The position numbers were made by a program, and so were the translations under genes. DNA of 64,000 bases from the IMG/VR virus record IMGVR_UViG_3300042314_001037, one strand, 5' to 3'. This document shows positions 1 to 10,122 of the stretch, in pieces (the first letter of the stretch is position 1; each line of letters starts with the position of its first letter). The notes under the pieces were generated by a model that made no database searches, had not been told where the DNA came from, and was given only the letters and a program-made list of their open reading frames with translations. The DNA comes from an uncultured virus (IMG/VR IMGVR_UViG_3300042314_001037). Its lineage: Duplodnaviria; Heunggongvirae; Uroviricota; Caudoviricetes.

Positions 1-252
1 TGGACAAATAATTTTCAGGCTGATAAACCAAATATTGCAGACAGAGAAGATAAACATTTTTGGATTTTTGAGCATCCAGAATTAACCAAATGTCGTGATA
101 GTTTTTTAGATATGAATAGTCTATTTTTATCTCAATTAGATAAAAGATTGTATTTAGGAGTGGAAAGAAGCCAACGAGATTTTGGAAAAGTAAGAGGAAG
201 ATATCAACATTTATTTTCAAAGTGGCATTTTGTGAGATTAATAAATGAATAA
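1..252 (+). CDS. partial hypothetical protein (3' end only)
   Basis: Frame 1 is open from the window edge (WTNNFQADKP...WHFVRLINE*) and overlaps the start of the next ORF. Confidence 0.5.
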   Translation, partial: WTNNFQADKPNIADREDKHFWIFEHPELTKCRDSFLDMNSLFLSQLDKRLYLGVERSQRDFGKVRGRYQHLFSKWHFVRLINE

Positions 253-1486
253 TATTTTGTTGTTATGTCGCGGATATCATCATTTATCTACGATCTATGA
301 TTTAATAAATCAAGGTTATAATTTAGATATAATTGTTCCTAAAGATCATCCCGAATTTGATCTAATGAAGCCACATCTATCTAAATTTGATAACATATTT
401 GTTGTTGATACTACCGATCAATTTTTAAATTTACTTTCTCAATTATTAGAAACAAAAAAATATCAATATATCTATCCTACATTCCCCGATCATCATATGA
501 AATTAATTGCTGAAATAAACAGTAAATTTGATCTACCGGGAATTAAATTAAAATCATACGAAAAAATTAAAGAAAAAATAGTTTATTACAAAATATGGAA
601 AGATCTAAAGATCAATGTTCCTAAAATTTATCAAATTGTTAAAAATAAAAAAACATTAAACATTGTATCTTCAGATATTAAATTTCCATGTTTAGTAAAA
701 CCGTCAGGGGGAATGGCAAGTTTGGGGATAAAAATAATTTCTTCTAGAGAAAGTCTTGTAGATTTTTTTAAAGACGTCGATGTTAAAGTACACGATTATC
801 AAGAAAGCCATGGTGAAAAATTTAAAACTTTTGAATATTATTCGGCAGATAGTGATTACATAATTCAGGAATATATTGATGGACCAATAATCTCTGTGAT
901 TGGACACATACTTAATAAATCTCTTAGTTTAGATTTTTTTTATGATATAGAATCTAATTCATATCCCTATGCGGCTGAAACAGCATTAGTGTATCCGTCT
1001 AAATATTTTAACAGCGATTTTTATGAAAATATCAAAATTAAATTAGAAAAGTTTATTTCTTTAACTGAGTTAGATAATTGTCCGTTCATGCTAGATGTGA
1101 TATTAAAAGAGGGAAATATTTATTTCATTGATTTTGCAGCTCGAGTTTCCGTAGGATGCCATCTATTGCAATACTCTGGAGAAAATCACTATGCATCAAA
1201 GTTAGTTAACTCTATTCTTAAAAATAAAAATATGTTGTTAAACAAAAGCAAGTGTAGTATGAAAAGAGATTTAGGATTAAAACCGGGTCTCATTAAAAGC
1301 ATAGAGATTAAAAAAGACTTTCTTGCAGACTATATTAAATTACCAACTAATAATAAAGTTAATCTTCCAAGGAACGATTTAGCAATTAGCAATAACGGAT
1401 ATGTTTATATATCAGGTAGTGATCTTAACGATTTAAACGAAAAATATCAAAATTTAATTTCTTCTATAATTGTTAATTATACCTGA
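245..1486 (+). CDS. ATP-grasp domain ligase
   Basis: FPCLVKPSGGMASLGI, YIIQEYIDGP and YFIDFAAR motifs typical of ATP-grasp enzymes. Confidence 0.8.
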   Translation: MNNILLLCRGYHHLSTIYDLINQGYNLDIIVPKDHPEFDLMKPHLSKFDNIFVVDTTDQFLNLLSQLLETKKYQYIYPTFPDHHMKLIAEINSKFDLPGIKLKSYEKIKEKIVYYKIWKDLKINVPKIYQIVKNKKTLNIVSSDIKFPCLVKPSGGMASLGIKIISSRESLVDFFKDVDVKVHDYQESHGEKFKTFEYYSADSDYIIQEYIDGPIISVIGHILNKSLSLDFFYDIESNSYPYAAETALVYPSKYFNSDFYENIKIKLEKFISLTELDNCPFMLDVILKEGNIYFIDFAARVSVGCHLLQYSGENHYASKLVNSILKNKNMLLNKSKCSMKRDLGLKPGLIKSIEIKKDFLADYIKLPTNNKVNLPRNDLAISNNGYVYISGSDLNDLNEKYQNLISSIIVNYT

Positions 1487-2328
1487 CCAATGCTTTGATG
1501 TGCTGATCCGTTTAGAAGAATATCAAACGGATGTAATTTACCAAAGTGGGAATTTAATACAAAGCAATCTTCATTTTCTATATAATCAATCCAGGGCGTG
1601 AATCCTAATACTAAATGGGTTCTTTTTTTAGTAGATTTTTTTGTGGCATATACCCTATGTGGTAAATTTGTATCCCAAGTATATATTTTTCCTAGCTCTA
1701 AATGAGTCGGCAGCTTATTTTCGAGTTGGAATAGAAAAGAAGAATCAGTGTCGATAGGAATGTTGATCCTGAGATTTTCGAATATAGTTTCATCTTTGTG
1801 CCAAAGGAATTCTTCACCTACCCTATCATGCATGTCGGCATCTAACACAGCTATCCTACTTCGTGTAGGTGAAAGACGAAATTCACTGATAAAATTTTTA
1901 AGATTAGTTTGTGAGATGCATGGTGATAGTTTTCTAAATCCATAACTGTCAAAGTATGTATTTCTTGTAGAACGAAAATTTTCTGTACTGCCGTAATAAA
2001 ATTGATCCGGAGCGTTTACAGGTGTGCCTAGTGTATGTTGATTAGGATCAATTGTGTCTATTAGATCTGGGTTGTATACCATGCTGAGACCACCGTAGGC
2101 CTTACTTTGACCTTTGGTTGTTTGCCAACCTTTGGTTCCAAACGTTTCCAGTGCTGATAGGGTATCTTTTACAAGTGAAGGAATATCAATTTTGTGAGGC
2201 AATTCTATTATATCGTCTACTTTAGTTGATGTAGCAATATCATTTATTGCTGTATAGAAATCGCTCTGTTCGTATATCCACTGGAACAATGACAGGTGCG
2301 CAGGACAATCTTTTACGTAAAACTTCAT
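1477..2328 (-). CDS. Asp/Asn beta-hydroxylase-like 2OG-Fe(II) oxygenase
   Basis: WHKD...LRINIPI...WDTNLPHRV...RTHLVLG: HxD...H facial triad with a terminal Arg. Confidence 0.65.
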   Translation of the reverse strand: MKFYVKDCPAHLSLFQWIYEQSDFYTAINDIATSTKVDDIIELPHKIDIPSLVKDTLSALETFGTKGWQTTKGQSKAYGGLSMVYNPDLIDTIDPNQHTLGTPVNAPDQFYYGSTENFRSTRNTYFDSYGFRKLSPCISQTNLKNFISEFRLSPTRSRIAVLDADMHDRVGEEFLWHKDETIFENLRINIPIDTDSSFLFQLENKLPTHLELGKIYTWDTNLPHRVYATKKSTKKRTHLVLGFTPWIDYIENEDCFVLNSHFGKLHPFDILLNGSAHQSIGQV

Positions 2329-2951
2329 TAATTTGGTCCTTTAAAGAATCCAGCAGATATTGCTTCGGAAAAGACATTCCATTTGTCTTCATGGCTTATT
2401 GACGACAGTGCTACCATTTGATAACACGAATCGTCGTTCGAGTCTCCGCAGACATTGTATATATTTTCTAATATTTCAAAAGAATCAACTGAAACAGACG
2501 ATGCAAGTTTTGTTATTTCTTTAAAACTTTTCGAGTATTTTCCTTCTCTTGTGATCATAGCAACTTTTATTTTATTCTGTGAATTTAAAAATTCAAGCTG
2601 AGCGTTAAGTATAATTGGACTAAATCTAACAGCACTAGGGCCCCACTTGGTTAATCCGTTGCTTCTAAAATCTGGATGTATCCAAAATCTAGTTAATACT
2701 CTTGCAATTTTCTCTCCCCATTTGTGAGGAGAATATTCTATGGCACCAAAGGATACAATCTTATTTTCGTGTATCGCTGTCACAAAATAATAATATTGTG
2801 CAGGAGTTAGATTTACATAATTTTCATACAATGGATCTGCACAGCACCGAGATTTTATAGTTTCCATGCATTCATTCCACAAGTCCTCTCCGGGATTCGA
2901 TTTAAGCGATAGGGATTTTGGCATCATATAAATATATTTAATCGGAATCAT
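2328..2951 (-). CDS. GNAT-like acetyltransferase, putative
   Basis: RVLTRFWIHPDFRSNGL resembles GNAT motif A. Confidence 0.45.
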   Translation of the reverse strand: MIPIKYIYMMPKSLSLKSNPGEDLWNECMETIKSRCCADPLYENYVNLTPAQYYYFVTAIHENKIVSFGAIEYSPHKWGEKIARVLTRFWIHPDFRSNGLTKWGPSAVRFSPIILNAQLEFLNSQNKIKVAMITREGKYSKSFKEITKLASSVSVDSFEILENIYNVCGDSNDDSCYQMVALSSISHEDKWNVFSEAISAGFFKGPN

Positions 2952-2957
2952 CCCTCT

Positions 2958-3725
2958 ATGAAAAATTACAAATACCTGTTAACTACGTTTTTCCCTTTAC
3001 ACATACTATTGGTTTTGTTGTTTTTTTTCGTAGATTACAATTTTACCAGTCTATTGTATTTTCTAGCAGGCTATATTTTTATTGGTGGGTACGGAGTAGC
3101 AATAGGACTTCATAGATGGGCATCTCATAGATCGATCATTTTAAAATCATGGGCAGAGAATTTGATAATTTATGCCAGTGTGTTATCATGCCAGGGTCAT
3201 CCAATCTGGTGGGCCGCGGTACACCGAGGATATCATCATAGATTTGCCGATACAGAAAAAGACGAACATTCTCCAATTTTTGGAAGATGGCATGCTTTTG
3301 TGGGTTGGATTTTAAAACATGATCCTACCAATGTAAACTACAAGTTTGCTGTTGACCTAGTACGTGATAAAAAAATGGCATTCACAGCCAAGTATTATGA
3401 AGTAATTATTTTGTTATCGTGGATAGTTCTGGGATTGATTGATTTAAATTTATTATATTGGTTTGCTATTGTGCCAACAATTGTTGCATTTCATGGTGAG
3501 GGACTTATTAATACATTCTGTCATAGTGACAACGTTGGATATAGAAATTTTGAAACTAAAGATAAATCAAGAAATATCCCTATGTTAGGCTTAATGTTTT
3601 GGGGAAACGGATGGCATAATAATCATCATCAAATGCCGTCTAGTTTTGATTTTGGAAAATCTGTAAGCGGAAAAAAATGGGAGTTTGATGCATGTACTCT
3701 GTTAGCTCATCCGGTCAAAAAATAA
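2958..3725 (+). CDS. membrane fatty acid (delta-9-type) desaturase
   Basis: Three His boxes HRWASH, HRGYHH and HNNHH, plus hydrophobic segments. Confidence 0.88.
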   Translation: MKNYKYLLTTFFPLHILLVLLFFFVDYNFTSLLYFLAGYIFIGGYGVAIGLHRWASHRSIILKSWAENLIIYASVLSCQGHPIWWAAVHRGYHHRFADTEKDEHSPIFGRWHAFVGWILKHDPTNVNYKFAVDLVRDKKMAFTAKYYEVIILLSWIVLGLIDLNLLYWFAIVPTIVAFHGEGLINTFCHSDNVGYRNFETKDKSRNIPMLGLMFWGNGWHNNHHQMPSSFDFGKSVSGKKWEFDACTLLAHPVKK

Positions 3726-4624
3726 AATTTGAGATGGATCAAAATTTTAGATTTGGATACAATGGAAACCAGTACAATCTAAGACAACACCAATCAGACG
3801 CATTTCAATGTTGGTACTCTAAAGCAACTAGAACTCCTAGCTCGTTCAGAGATGAGTGTATCAATGTCTGTGAAATAATTAGCAATTACTCAAAAACTGT
3901 GAACAAACTTCCTTATGTGTTGTTAAGCGGAGGGGCTGATAGCGAAGTTGTGGTTAGAGCTTTCTTAGAATTAGGACAACCATTTAAGGTTATAACAAAT
4001 AGATTTAACAAAAATTTAAACTTACACGAAATAGAAGTGGTTGAAAAATTATCTAAAGAATTAAATTTTGAAGTTATCTATGTAGATATAGATGTACTAA
4101 CCTGGTTAGGTTCTCCGGAATCTCTAAGAATGGCAGAACAAGGAAAATGTTTCCAAGCGGAAATGTTGCCTACAATGAAATTAATGGATCATGTATATTT
4201 TAACCTAAATGGTATACCTGTTTTGGGGAATGGTGACTTTTATGCAAATAGATTAGATGGCGAATGGAAATACGTAGAATATGAATATATCTTATCTTGG
4301 TGTAGATACGCCATAGCAAACAACATGACAGCAGCTATTAATTTTTTTCAGATGACTCCTGAAATTGTGTTATCAGTTGGCTATGATCCTATTATGTTGG
4401 AATTATTTCAATCTCCACCAAGTGAAACTATAAACTCTAGATATGCCAAATATAGAATTTATCAAAAAAATTGGAATATAGAAATAAGGGAAAAATATCA
4501 TGGATGCGAATTAATCCAAGATTGTTGTGACCAAATACAGCAGAAGTTTTTATCAGCATATAAACCTTATACTGATAAATGGAAAATGCCTGTTGGTGAG
4601 TTTCTAAGAAGATTGGCGAAATAA
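3692..4624 (+). CDS. PP-loop (adenine nucleotide alpha hydrolase) family protein
   Basis: LLSGGADSE PP-loop motif; the true start may be a later Met. Confidence 0.6.
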   Translation: MYSVSSSGQKIKFEMDQNFRFGYNGNQYNLRQHQSDAFQCWYSKATRTPSSFRDECINVCEIISNYSKTVNKLPYVLLSGGADSEVVVRAFLELGQPFKVITNRFNKNLNLHEIEVVEKLSKELNFEVIYVDIDVLTWLGSPESLRMAEQGKCFQAEMLPTMKLMDHVYFNLNGIPVLGNGDFYANRLDGEWKYVEYEYILSWCRYAIANNMTAAINFFQMTPEIVLSVGYDPIMLELFQSPPSETINSRYAKYRIYQKNWNIEIREKYHGCELIQDCCDQIQQKFLSAYKPYTDKWKMPVGEFLRRLAK

Positions 4625-4666
4625 CATGTTTCAAGAACTTTTAGAAAAATTTTTAAGGATTAGTCA

Positions 4667-5371
4667 ATGAATAATATAGTGGTCCCCCCAGGTGTAAGTG
4701 GAAGAAGTCAATCTTATTCGCCTAATAACGTAAGCCTAGAGAATCTTACTAACGAAGTCAGCCTACTCAACTTAGGAGTTTTTGAACCGCTAAAATGGAA
4801 GATAGACTGCGGACAAGTTATGCAGGAGATTGCACAGTTTAAAGACGACTGGCAAGACTATCTTCCTAGAACAGACAGGCCTAATAACAGAAAATCTCTC
4901 ACCCTTACATGTTTGCCCGGCACAGATCATAAAACCAATCCTAGTCTAGCACAAGCATCATATGCAGCCAAACGCCGGCTGAGTGAGTTGGAGTTCAGTC
5001 AAAAGACTGTAGTCTACGATACCTGCCATAGTCTTAGACCTTTTTTAGATGAGTGGGATCAGTTGGGCAGGACATTTTTGATTCGGTCGGATACAGGGGG
5101 TTATTTTGTCCCCCATAGAGACCATCCGTCAATGCCTAGAGATGTTTTCCGTTTAATTGTGTTCTTAAACAATTGTGGACCATTGGACTATGATTGGTGG
5201 ATGGATGATCGAAAACTACAGATAGAACATGGCAGAGTCTATTATCTCAACACAAGGATGACACATCGCACTATTAGTTGGGTAGATAACAGTCTACATC
5301 TTATACTTAATGTAGCTATGACTACAGAGAATGTTGCCAAAGTAATTTCTAGTCTACAACATACTCACTAG
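4667..5371 (+). CDS. Asp/Asn beta-hydroxylase family oxygenase
   Basis: GGYFVPHRD...FRLIVFL...LNTRMTH...HLILNV. Confidence 0.7.
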   Translation: MNNIVVPPGVSGRSQSYSPNNVSLENLTNEVSLLNLGVFEPLKWKIDCGQVMQEIAQFKDDWQDYLPRTDRPNNRKSLTLTCLPGTDHKTNPSLAQASYAAKRRLSELEFSQKTVVYDTCHSLRPFLDEWDQLGRTFLIRSDTGGYFVPHRDHPSMPRDVFRLIVFLNNCGPLDYDWWMDDRKLQIEHGRVYYLNTRMTHRTISWVDNSLHLILNVAMTTENVAKVISSLQHTH

Positions 5372-5919
5372 TTTTTCCAAACAACATATTGGCTATATTT
5401 TTCTAGGCTTTTTTCTAATAGTTCTAGATGTCGTTCCTTATCTAACCAACCTCTTATATAGATCGTTGTTCGTTGTTTGTCTTCTTTAACTCTATGAATT
5501 GCAGAAGTAGAATTTAAAATATACGCACAAGGAATTTTAGGAACTCTAGTAGTAATCCACGATGTACCATCAAAAACTTCTAAACTATCAACTGCTCCTT
5601 TTACAATAAATCGATACCCTGCCGGTTCTGTATCTAGTATATGTTTATATTCTCCAGGAGCGAATTTCATTTCTGGATAAACATCTACGTGAGAATCTAC
5701 GGTCTGTTGTTGTATTTTATATTGTAAATTGGAAATCTTATCAAATGGTAATTGTTTAAGAACTTCATCAAAATTATTTTTTTTGATCGTTTCATCAGAA
5801 ATGAGAGTAGAATTCCAATAAGGATTATATTTAGATATGACGGGGGTTCCGTCCACTACAGAAAACTCTATATTATCTAATTCTATATCTAGGGGACAGA
5901 ATAAAATCTTATCTAACAT
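5368..5919 (-). CDS. hypothetical oxygenase-like (cupin) protein
   Basis: SHVD...IHRV...R pattern. Confidence 0.4.
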   Translation of the reverse strand: MLDKILFCPLDIELDNIEFSVVDGTPVISKYNPYWNSTLISDETIKKNNFDEVLKQLPFDKISNLQYKIQQQTVDSHVDVYPEMKFAPGEYKHILDTEPAGYRFIVKGAVDSLEVFDGTSWITTRVPKIPCAYILNSTSAIHRVKEDKQRTTIYIRGWLDKERHLELLEKSLEKYSQYVVWKN

Positions 5920-5959
5920 ATAAGATATTTAACCTTATACCTAACTGATAAAAAATTTG

Positions 5960-7744
5960 TTAATGTATAGCTGTCCAAGAACCGCCGGCCACAGCTTTTA
6001 TTTTTGCTGCTCCTGTGTCGTAGTACATCATACCGTTCACTCTGTTTCCTGATCCGCCAATAGCAGTATCGGCTGCTGTCTCGTCGGCATATGTAGGAAG
6101 CACAGGCATATTATTAAAAGTAGTTTTAGTTGTAGCAATTGTTAGTCTGCTAGCAGAGACTCCGCTGGTATTGCTGGTAAAAAATTCAAATCTACCAGGA
6201 ACTACTCCTGTGGAAACCGCACCATCAGTGACCACACGCATTTGAGCTACTCCGGTATTGTTTGTTCCGTCGTAACCAGCGAAGGCAAAGTCGAAGATTG
6301 GGTCTCCATTTTGAACCGCTAAAGGTGTCCCAGTTTGTCCAGGGAAACTTGGTACTCCTCTTGCCCTAACTAAGATAATGTTGCTGGCGTTTACAGCACT
6401 GTTATGCCCAGAAAAAATCTGTAAAGGTCCATCAGAAACGTCGTCAGCGAAAAGAAAAAGATTTCCAGCTTCGGTAAAGCGGCCTGCTTCTAGTTCATTC
6501 CCTGCAGTATTTGTAACTAAAAATCTCAAGGATGAGGGCATTACGCCAGAGGATACTGTGCCAGTAACTCTTGCTTGAATTGATGCCGCTGAGATAGTGT
6601 TTGTGCCGTCATAACCATTAAACTGAATGCTTCCTACTCTATCGTTATTGATTAATGATAAAGGAGTATCAATTGTTCCTCTAGATCTTCTTATAACTAA
6701 TCTAGCGGCTTGATCATCTTCATGAGCAGCAGTGATCGCAAGAGGAAAACTTAGGTAATTCGTAGATTGAAAGTCGCCTCCATCTACTACCCTCAGAGTG
6801 CCCTCAACCCGTGCGTTAGTTTGGAATGTAATCGGAGTGTCGCAAATGATAGCACTTGAATCTGCAGATGAAATCAAATTGGTTATTATATTTCCAGTTA
6901 CATTACCTAATAAATTGCCAGTAAATCCACCTGCCGCAGTAATTGACCGTGTGCTAGCATTCAGCATTAATGTGCTATCATCTCCTACAATATTAATATT
7001 GTAGTTCATACCAGCTTCAATTCCTGAACCAGCACCAATTGCAACTCCGTTTATAGTAGATCCTGCAGGCAAATTCACTGCTGAGCCGATGGTTAAGCTG
7101 GCTGCATTGACTGCTTTTGTTCTAGCATTGATAATAACTGTGCTATCATCGCCTACTAGATTGATGTTGTAATTCATTCCGGATTCAATTGCAGCACCTA
7201 GAACAATTCCGTTTACAGTAGATCCCGCAGGTAAATTAACAGACGAGCCTGTGGATGTGATAGTAGCACTACCAAGTATAATACTAGATCCGCTTAGATA
7301 TAGATCTCTGAATCTAAAGGATGAGCTACCTAAATCGTAGGCAATGTTTGTAGACGGAATAACGTGTCCTTTGACTGTTCCGTTTAAATTAACAGCACCT
7401 GTTAGTGCGTTTAACAACAGCGTAGAATCGTTGGCATAGTGTGACCCAATAAATCCATCAGCAGTTAATGTTCCATTAAATGTGGAAAGATCAAATGTGG
7501 AATTTATTCTACCTAATGTATCATCATAGGTAAAAGTAATGTTTTGGTGGGTGCCGTTAATCAGCATTGAGGATGCAATATCTTGTACATCTTCTGTGAC
7601 TAGGGTACCTGCGGGCAATCCGCCGGCAGTGGTACCGTTTCCAATATACAGTGAACTTGTTGAGGTATCCCAAACAAGTTCGCCCACAACTGGGGTATAA
7701 CTCATTCGATCTGCAGTCGGTCCACGTCTGATTTGTAAGGCCAT
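5960..7744 (-). CDS. tail fibre / virion structural protein with internal duplications
   Basis: MALQIRRG...GELVWDT...LYIGNG N-terminus typical of phage fibres; YDLGSSSFRFRDLYLSG motif; Gly/Thr/Ser-rich with repeated blocks. Confidence 0.65.
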   Translation of the reverse strand: MALQIRRGPTADRMSYTPVVGELVWDTSTSSLYIGNGTTAGGLPAGTLVTEDVQDIASSMLINGTHQNITFTYDDTLGRINSTFDLSTFNGTLTADGFIGSHYANDSTLLLNALTGAVNLNGTVKGHVIPSTNIAYDLGSSSFRFRDLYLSGSSIILGSATITSTGSSVNLPAGSTVNGIVLGAAIESGMNYNINLVGDDSTVIINARTKAVNAASLTIGSAVNLPAGSTINGVAIGAGSGIEAGMNYNINIVGDDSTLMLNASTRSITAAGGFTGNLLGNVTGNIITNLISSADSSAIICDTPITFQTNARVEGTLRVVDGGDFQSTNYLSFPLAITAAHEDDQAARLVIRRSRGTIDTPLSLINNDRVGSIQFNGYDGTNTISAASIQARVTGTVSSGVMPSSLRFLVTNTAGNELEAGRFTEAGNLFLFADDVSDGPLQIFSGHNSAVNASNIILVRARGVPSFPGQTGTPLAVQNGDPIFDFAFAGYDGTNNTGVAQMRVVTDGAVSTGVVPGRFEFFTSNTSGVSASRLTIATTKTTFNNMPVLPTYADETAADTAIGGSGNRVNGMMYYDTGAAKIKAVAGGSWTAIH

Positions 7745-7804
7745 ATTAATAACTCCGGGGCAATGTTAGTCTAGTATTTATGCCACTGTATCAGAACCTC
7801 GAAC

Positions 7805-7837
7805 CAAAAAAAATAGAGCTCCGAAGAGCCCTATTTT
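7805..7837. terminator. intrinsic terminator hairpin
   Basis: aaaatagagctc-cgaa-gagccctatttt flanked by A/T runs. Confidence 0.6.
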
Positions 7838-7852
7838 AAACTGCACAGTTTA

Positions 7853-8455
7853 TTACATTGTAGGTCCGTTGCCGTTCTTAAAACCTACTGATCCGCCTTC
7901 TGCTTCGATGCGCTTTAACACATCTTCAAACAAGATAGGAGCAAAGTCCGGAGTTTGTTCTACACAAACACAATGATATCTAGGATCAATCTCATCACTG
8001 TATAAGATTTCTCCTGTTTTAACATCAACTCCACGGGCCTTACGCACTCGATTTGAGTGTAAATGTCCGTGAATGTTAACTCCAAAACGACCCATCGAAT
8101 CCGAGTGTAACGGGATATGGCTTAAGATCATGCCGTTCATAACATGGTATGCACGTAATTCTCTAAAGTACATTCTATACTCGTCATCGCGGAAGATGTC
8201 GTGATTACCGCGGATTAATACCTTGTCACCGTTTAACCTACGTAACGTTCCTAACGCTTTGCGGTTAATAACAACATCACCTAAGTGGTAGACCTTGTCA
8301 GTGGGTTTTACCCGTTCGTTCCACGCCTTAACCATAGCTTCGTCCATTTCATCTGGATCCGTCCACGGTCTTAATTTTTCACCATCGTTGCGTGTGAAGC
8401 GGCATACACCTGTGTGTCCAAAGTGCGTGTCGCTTACTAAGAATACACTTGGCAT
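7853..8455 (-). CDS. calcineurin-like metallophosphoesterase
   Basis: SDTHFGH, HLGDV, RGNHD and HGHLH motifs. Confidence 0.9.
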   Translation of the reverse strand: MPSVFLVSDTHFGHTGVCRFTRNDGEKLRPWTDPDEMDEAMVKAWNERVKPTDKVYHLGDVVINRKALGTLRRLNGDKVLIRGNHDIFRDDEYRMYFRELRAYHVMNGMILSHIPLHSDSMGRFGVNIHGHLHSNRVRKARGVDVKTGEILYSDEIDPRYHCVCVEQTPDFAPILFEDVLKRIEAEGGSVGFKNGNGPTM

Positions 8456-8468
8456 ATCTGCCTCCTTG

Positions 8469-8642
8469 TTAGTAAGTTTCTTTTACAATATCAAATTTTT
8501 CTGCAGGCCATTTAGCTTTGAACTCATCTGTCTTAATGTAGTCGTTGTATGCTTTAGCATCAAAGAACACCTTGTGAAATGCTGTTGTAAATGTACCTTT
8601 TGGGTTTATAGTCAAATAAACCGATTTTGCTTTGCCTGCCAT
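8469..8642 (-). CDS. small hypothetical phage protein
   Basis: MAGKAKSVY start with AAGGA SD, just downstream of a sigma70 promoter. Confidence 0.6.
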   Translation of the reverse strand: MAGKAKSVYLTINPKGTFTTAFHKVFFDAKAYNDYIKTDEFKAKWPAEKFDIVKETY

Positions 8643-8667
8643 ATAATCCTTTACTGTGTAAGTATAT

Positions 8668-8696
8668 ATTATACAGTCAAAACAAAGCCCTGTCAA
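8668..8696 (-). promoter_or_regulatory. sigma70-type promoter
   Basis: TTGACA-17-TATAAT exact consensus. Confidence 0.75.
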
Positions 8697-8733
8697 ACAA
8701 AATCAACAGGGCCAATTTGTTGAATTTCTTTTA

Positions 8734-8952
8734 TTACAATCTATAAGAGACTCGGCCTTTGGTCATGTCATAGGGGCTAACTTCCACCTTGACACGATCG
8801 CCTAGAATGATACGAATTTTGTGTTGCTTGAGTCTGCCACTAGTATAGCACAATAAGACATTGGGTAGATTGTCTACTTTTACCTTAAACATATTACCGG
8901 GCAAGACTTCTTCTACAACGCCTGTTAATTCGATTATATCTTCTTTGGCCAT
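8734..8952 (-). CDS. infA: translation initiation factor IF-1
   Basis: MAKEDIIELTGVVEEVLPGNMFKV...IRIILGDRVKVEVSPYDMTKGRVSYR. Confidence 0.95.
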   Translation of the reverse strand: MAKEDIIELTGVVEEVLPGNMFKVKVDNLPNVLLCYTSGRLKQHKIRIILGDRVKVEVSPYDMTKGRVSYRL

Positions 8953-8959
8953 CTAGTTT

Positions 8960-9184
8960 TTATCTTTCCTTTTTAACGCGGCCAATTCGGCTCGCTTTGT
9001 TCCAATCGTATTTAACGCCATCTGGACACTTACCATCTTTGATGCTGTCTACACCAAATACTCCTACGATTTCAAATTCGCCACCTTGGATGGTAACGAA
9101 CACATTTAATTCTTTGGCAAATGCCATTGCTAAATCCAAATTAGCAAACTCCGTTGAGCTTTGTTTTTCTATTACTTTGTACAT
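8960..9184 (-). CDS. hypothetical phage protein
   Basis: Start trimmed to MYKVIEK because the longer ORF runs through tRNA genes; promoter at 9191-9219. Confidence 0.6.
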   Translation of the reverse strand: MYKVIEKQSSTEFANLDLAMAFAKELNVFVTIQGGEFEIVGVFGVDSIKDGKCPDGVKYDWNKASRIGRVKKER

Positions 9185-9190
9185 ACGACT

Positions 9191-9219
9191 ATTATACTGT
9201 CTTTCTTTCAATTTGTCAA
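9191..9219 (-). promoter_or_regulatory. sigma70-type promoter
   Basis: TTGACA-17-TATAAT. Confidence 0.7.
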
Positions 9220-9220
9220 G

Positions 9221-9294
9221 TGGTGCTCTAGCCAAGAATTGAACTTGGAATTCAGTCTTACCAAGACTGTGTAATACCATTTTACTACAAGAGC
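9221..9294 (-). tRNA. tRNA-Thr(GGT)
   Basis: Cloverleaf, anticodon arm CAGTC-TTGGTAA-GACTG, encoded CCA. Confidence 0.9.
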
Positions 9295-9295
9295 G

Positions 9296-9370
9296 TGGTC
9301 CGGCCAGCAGGAATCGAACCCACATTCAAGAGGTAGAAGCTCTTTGTATTATCCATTATACTATGGCCGG
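9296..9370 (-). tRNA. tRNA-Arg(TCT)
   Basis: AAGAG-CTTCTAC-CTCTT, GGTTCGATTCC, CCA. Confidence 0.92.
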
Positions 9371-9375
9371 AAATT

Positions 9376-9449
9376 TGGAGCGGGATAGGAGAATCGAACT
9401 CCTGACTAAACCTTGGCAAGGTTTCGTTTGACCATTAAACTAATCCCGC
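9376..9449 (-). tRNA. tRNA-Gly(GCC)
   Basis: GCGGGAT acceptor, loop TTGCCAA, TCCA end. Confidence 0.92.
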
Positions 9450-9450
9450 A

Positions 9451-10023
9451 TTAAACATATTCTATATCTGCTGCCAATATAAAACGATACTGATTGCTTT
9501 GTACAACACCCGGCCTGTGCCACTGATCACTGGGATAGATCAACCATGCGTATTCACTAGGTTTTACAAACAACTTGCCGTCACCTGCTGGCCCGTTAGG
9601 AGCCATTTCTGTACCACAGTAATCGTAATCTTTAACATCATCGGGTATGTGCAGATACAAAACACCACTCAACATTTTGGCAGTGTCATGAGTAGGATGC
9701 CAGTGATGATGCCACAGATTTTCACGATCCTCGGCACTCTCAAGATTGGTCATAAACGACCAAGCCATCATGTTATTAACTTTTACTTCACGTCCTAGGT
9801 ACATGAATACACTGAACAAAAAACTCATACGATACTTTAACCATACAGCTTCGGGTCTAGCAAATATATTTTCTTTAGTTTGATATTTGGGACTATTAGT
9901 AAAGTAATTCCCGTCAGCAATGATTGCTTTTATAATGCCTATGGCTTCTTCATTGTCAGATTGTGTAATTACTGAACTGAAATTAAACTTGCGAAATACT
10001 TCGTTTTGATCTATTACTTTCAT
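9451..10023 (-). CDS. putative 2OG-Fe(II) oxygenase
   Basis: WHHHWH...LSGVLYL...IYPSDQWHRP...RFILAAD. Confidence 0.65.
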   Translation of the reverse strand: MKVIDQNEVFRKFNFSSVITQSDNEEAIGIIKAIIADGNYFTNSPKYQTKENIFARPEAVWLKYRMSFLFSVFMYLGREVKVNNMMAWSFMTNLESAEDRENLWHHHWHPTHDTAKMLSGVLYLHIPDDVKDYDYCGTEMAPNGPAGDGKLFVKPSEYAWLIYPSDQWHRPGVVQSNQYRFILAADIEYV

Positions 10024-10031
10024 TATATCCT

Positions 10032-10105
10032 TGGAGCGGAGTGAGAGAATCGAACTCTCGACCGAAGATTGGAAATCTGCTGTTTTACCATTAAACTAAC
10101 CCCGC
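10032..10105 (-). tRNA. tRNA-Gly(TCC)
   Basis: Loop TTTCCAA, TCCA end. Confidence 0.92.
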
Positions 10106-10122
10106 ATACTATTATTTAACAA

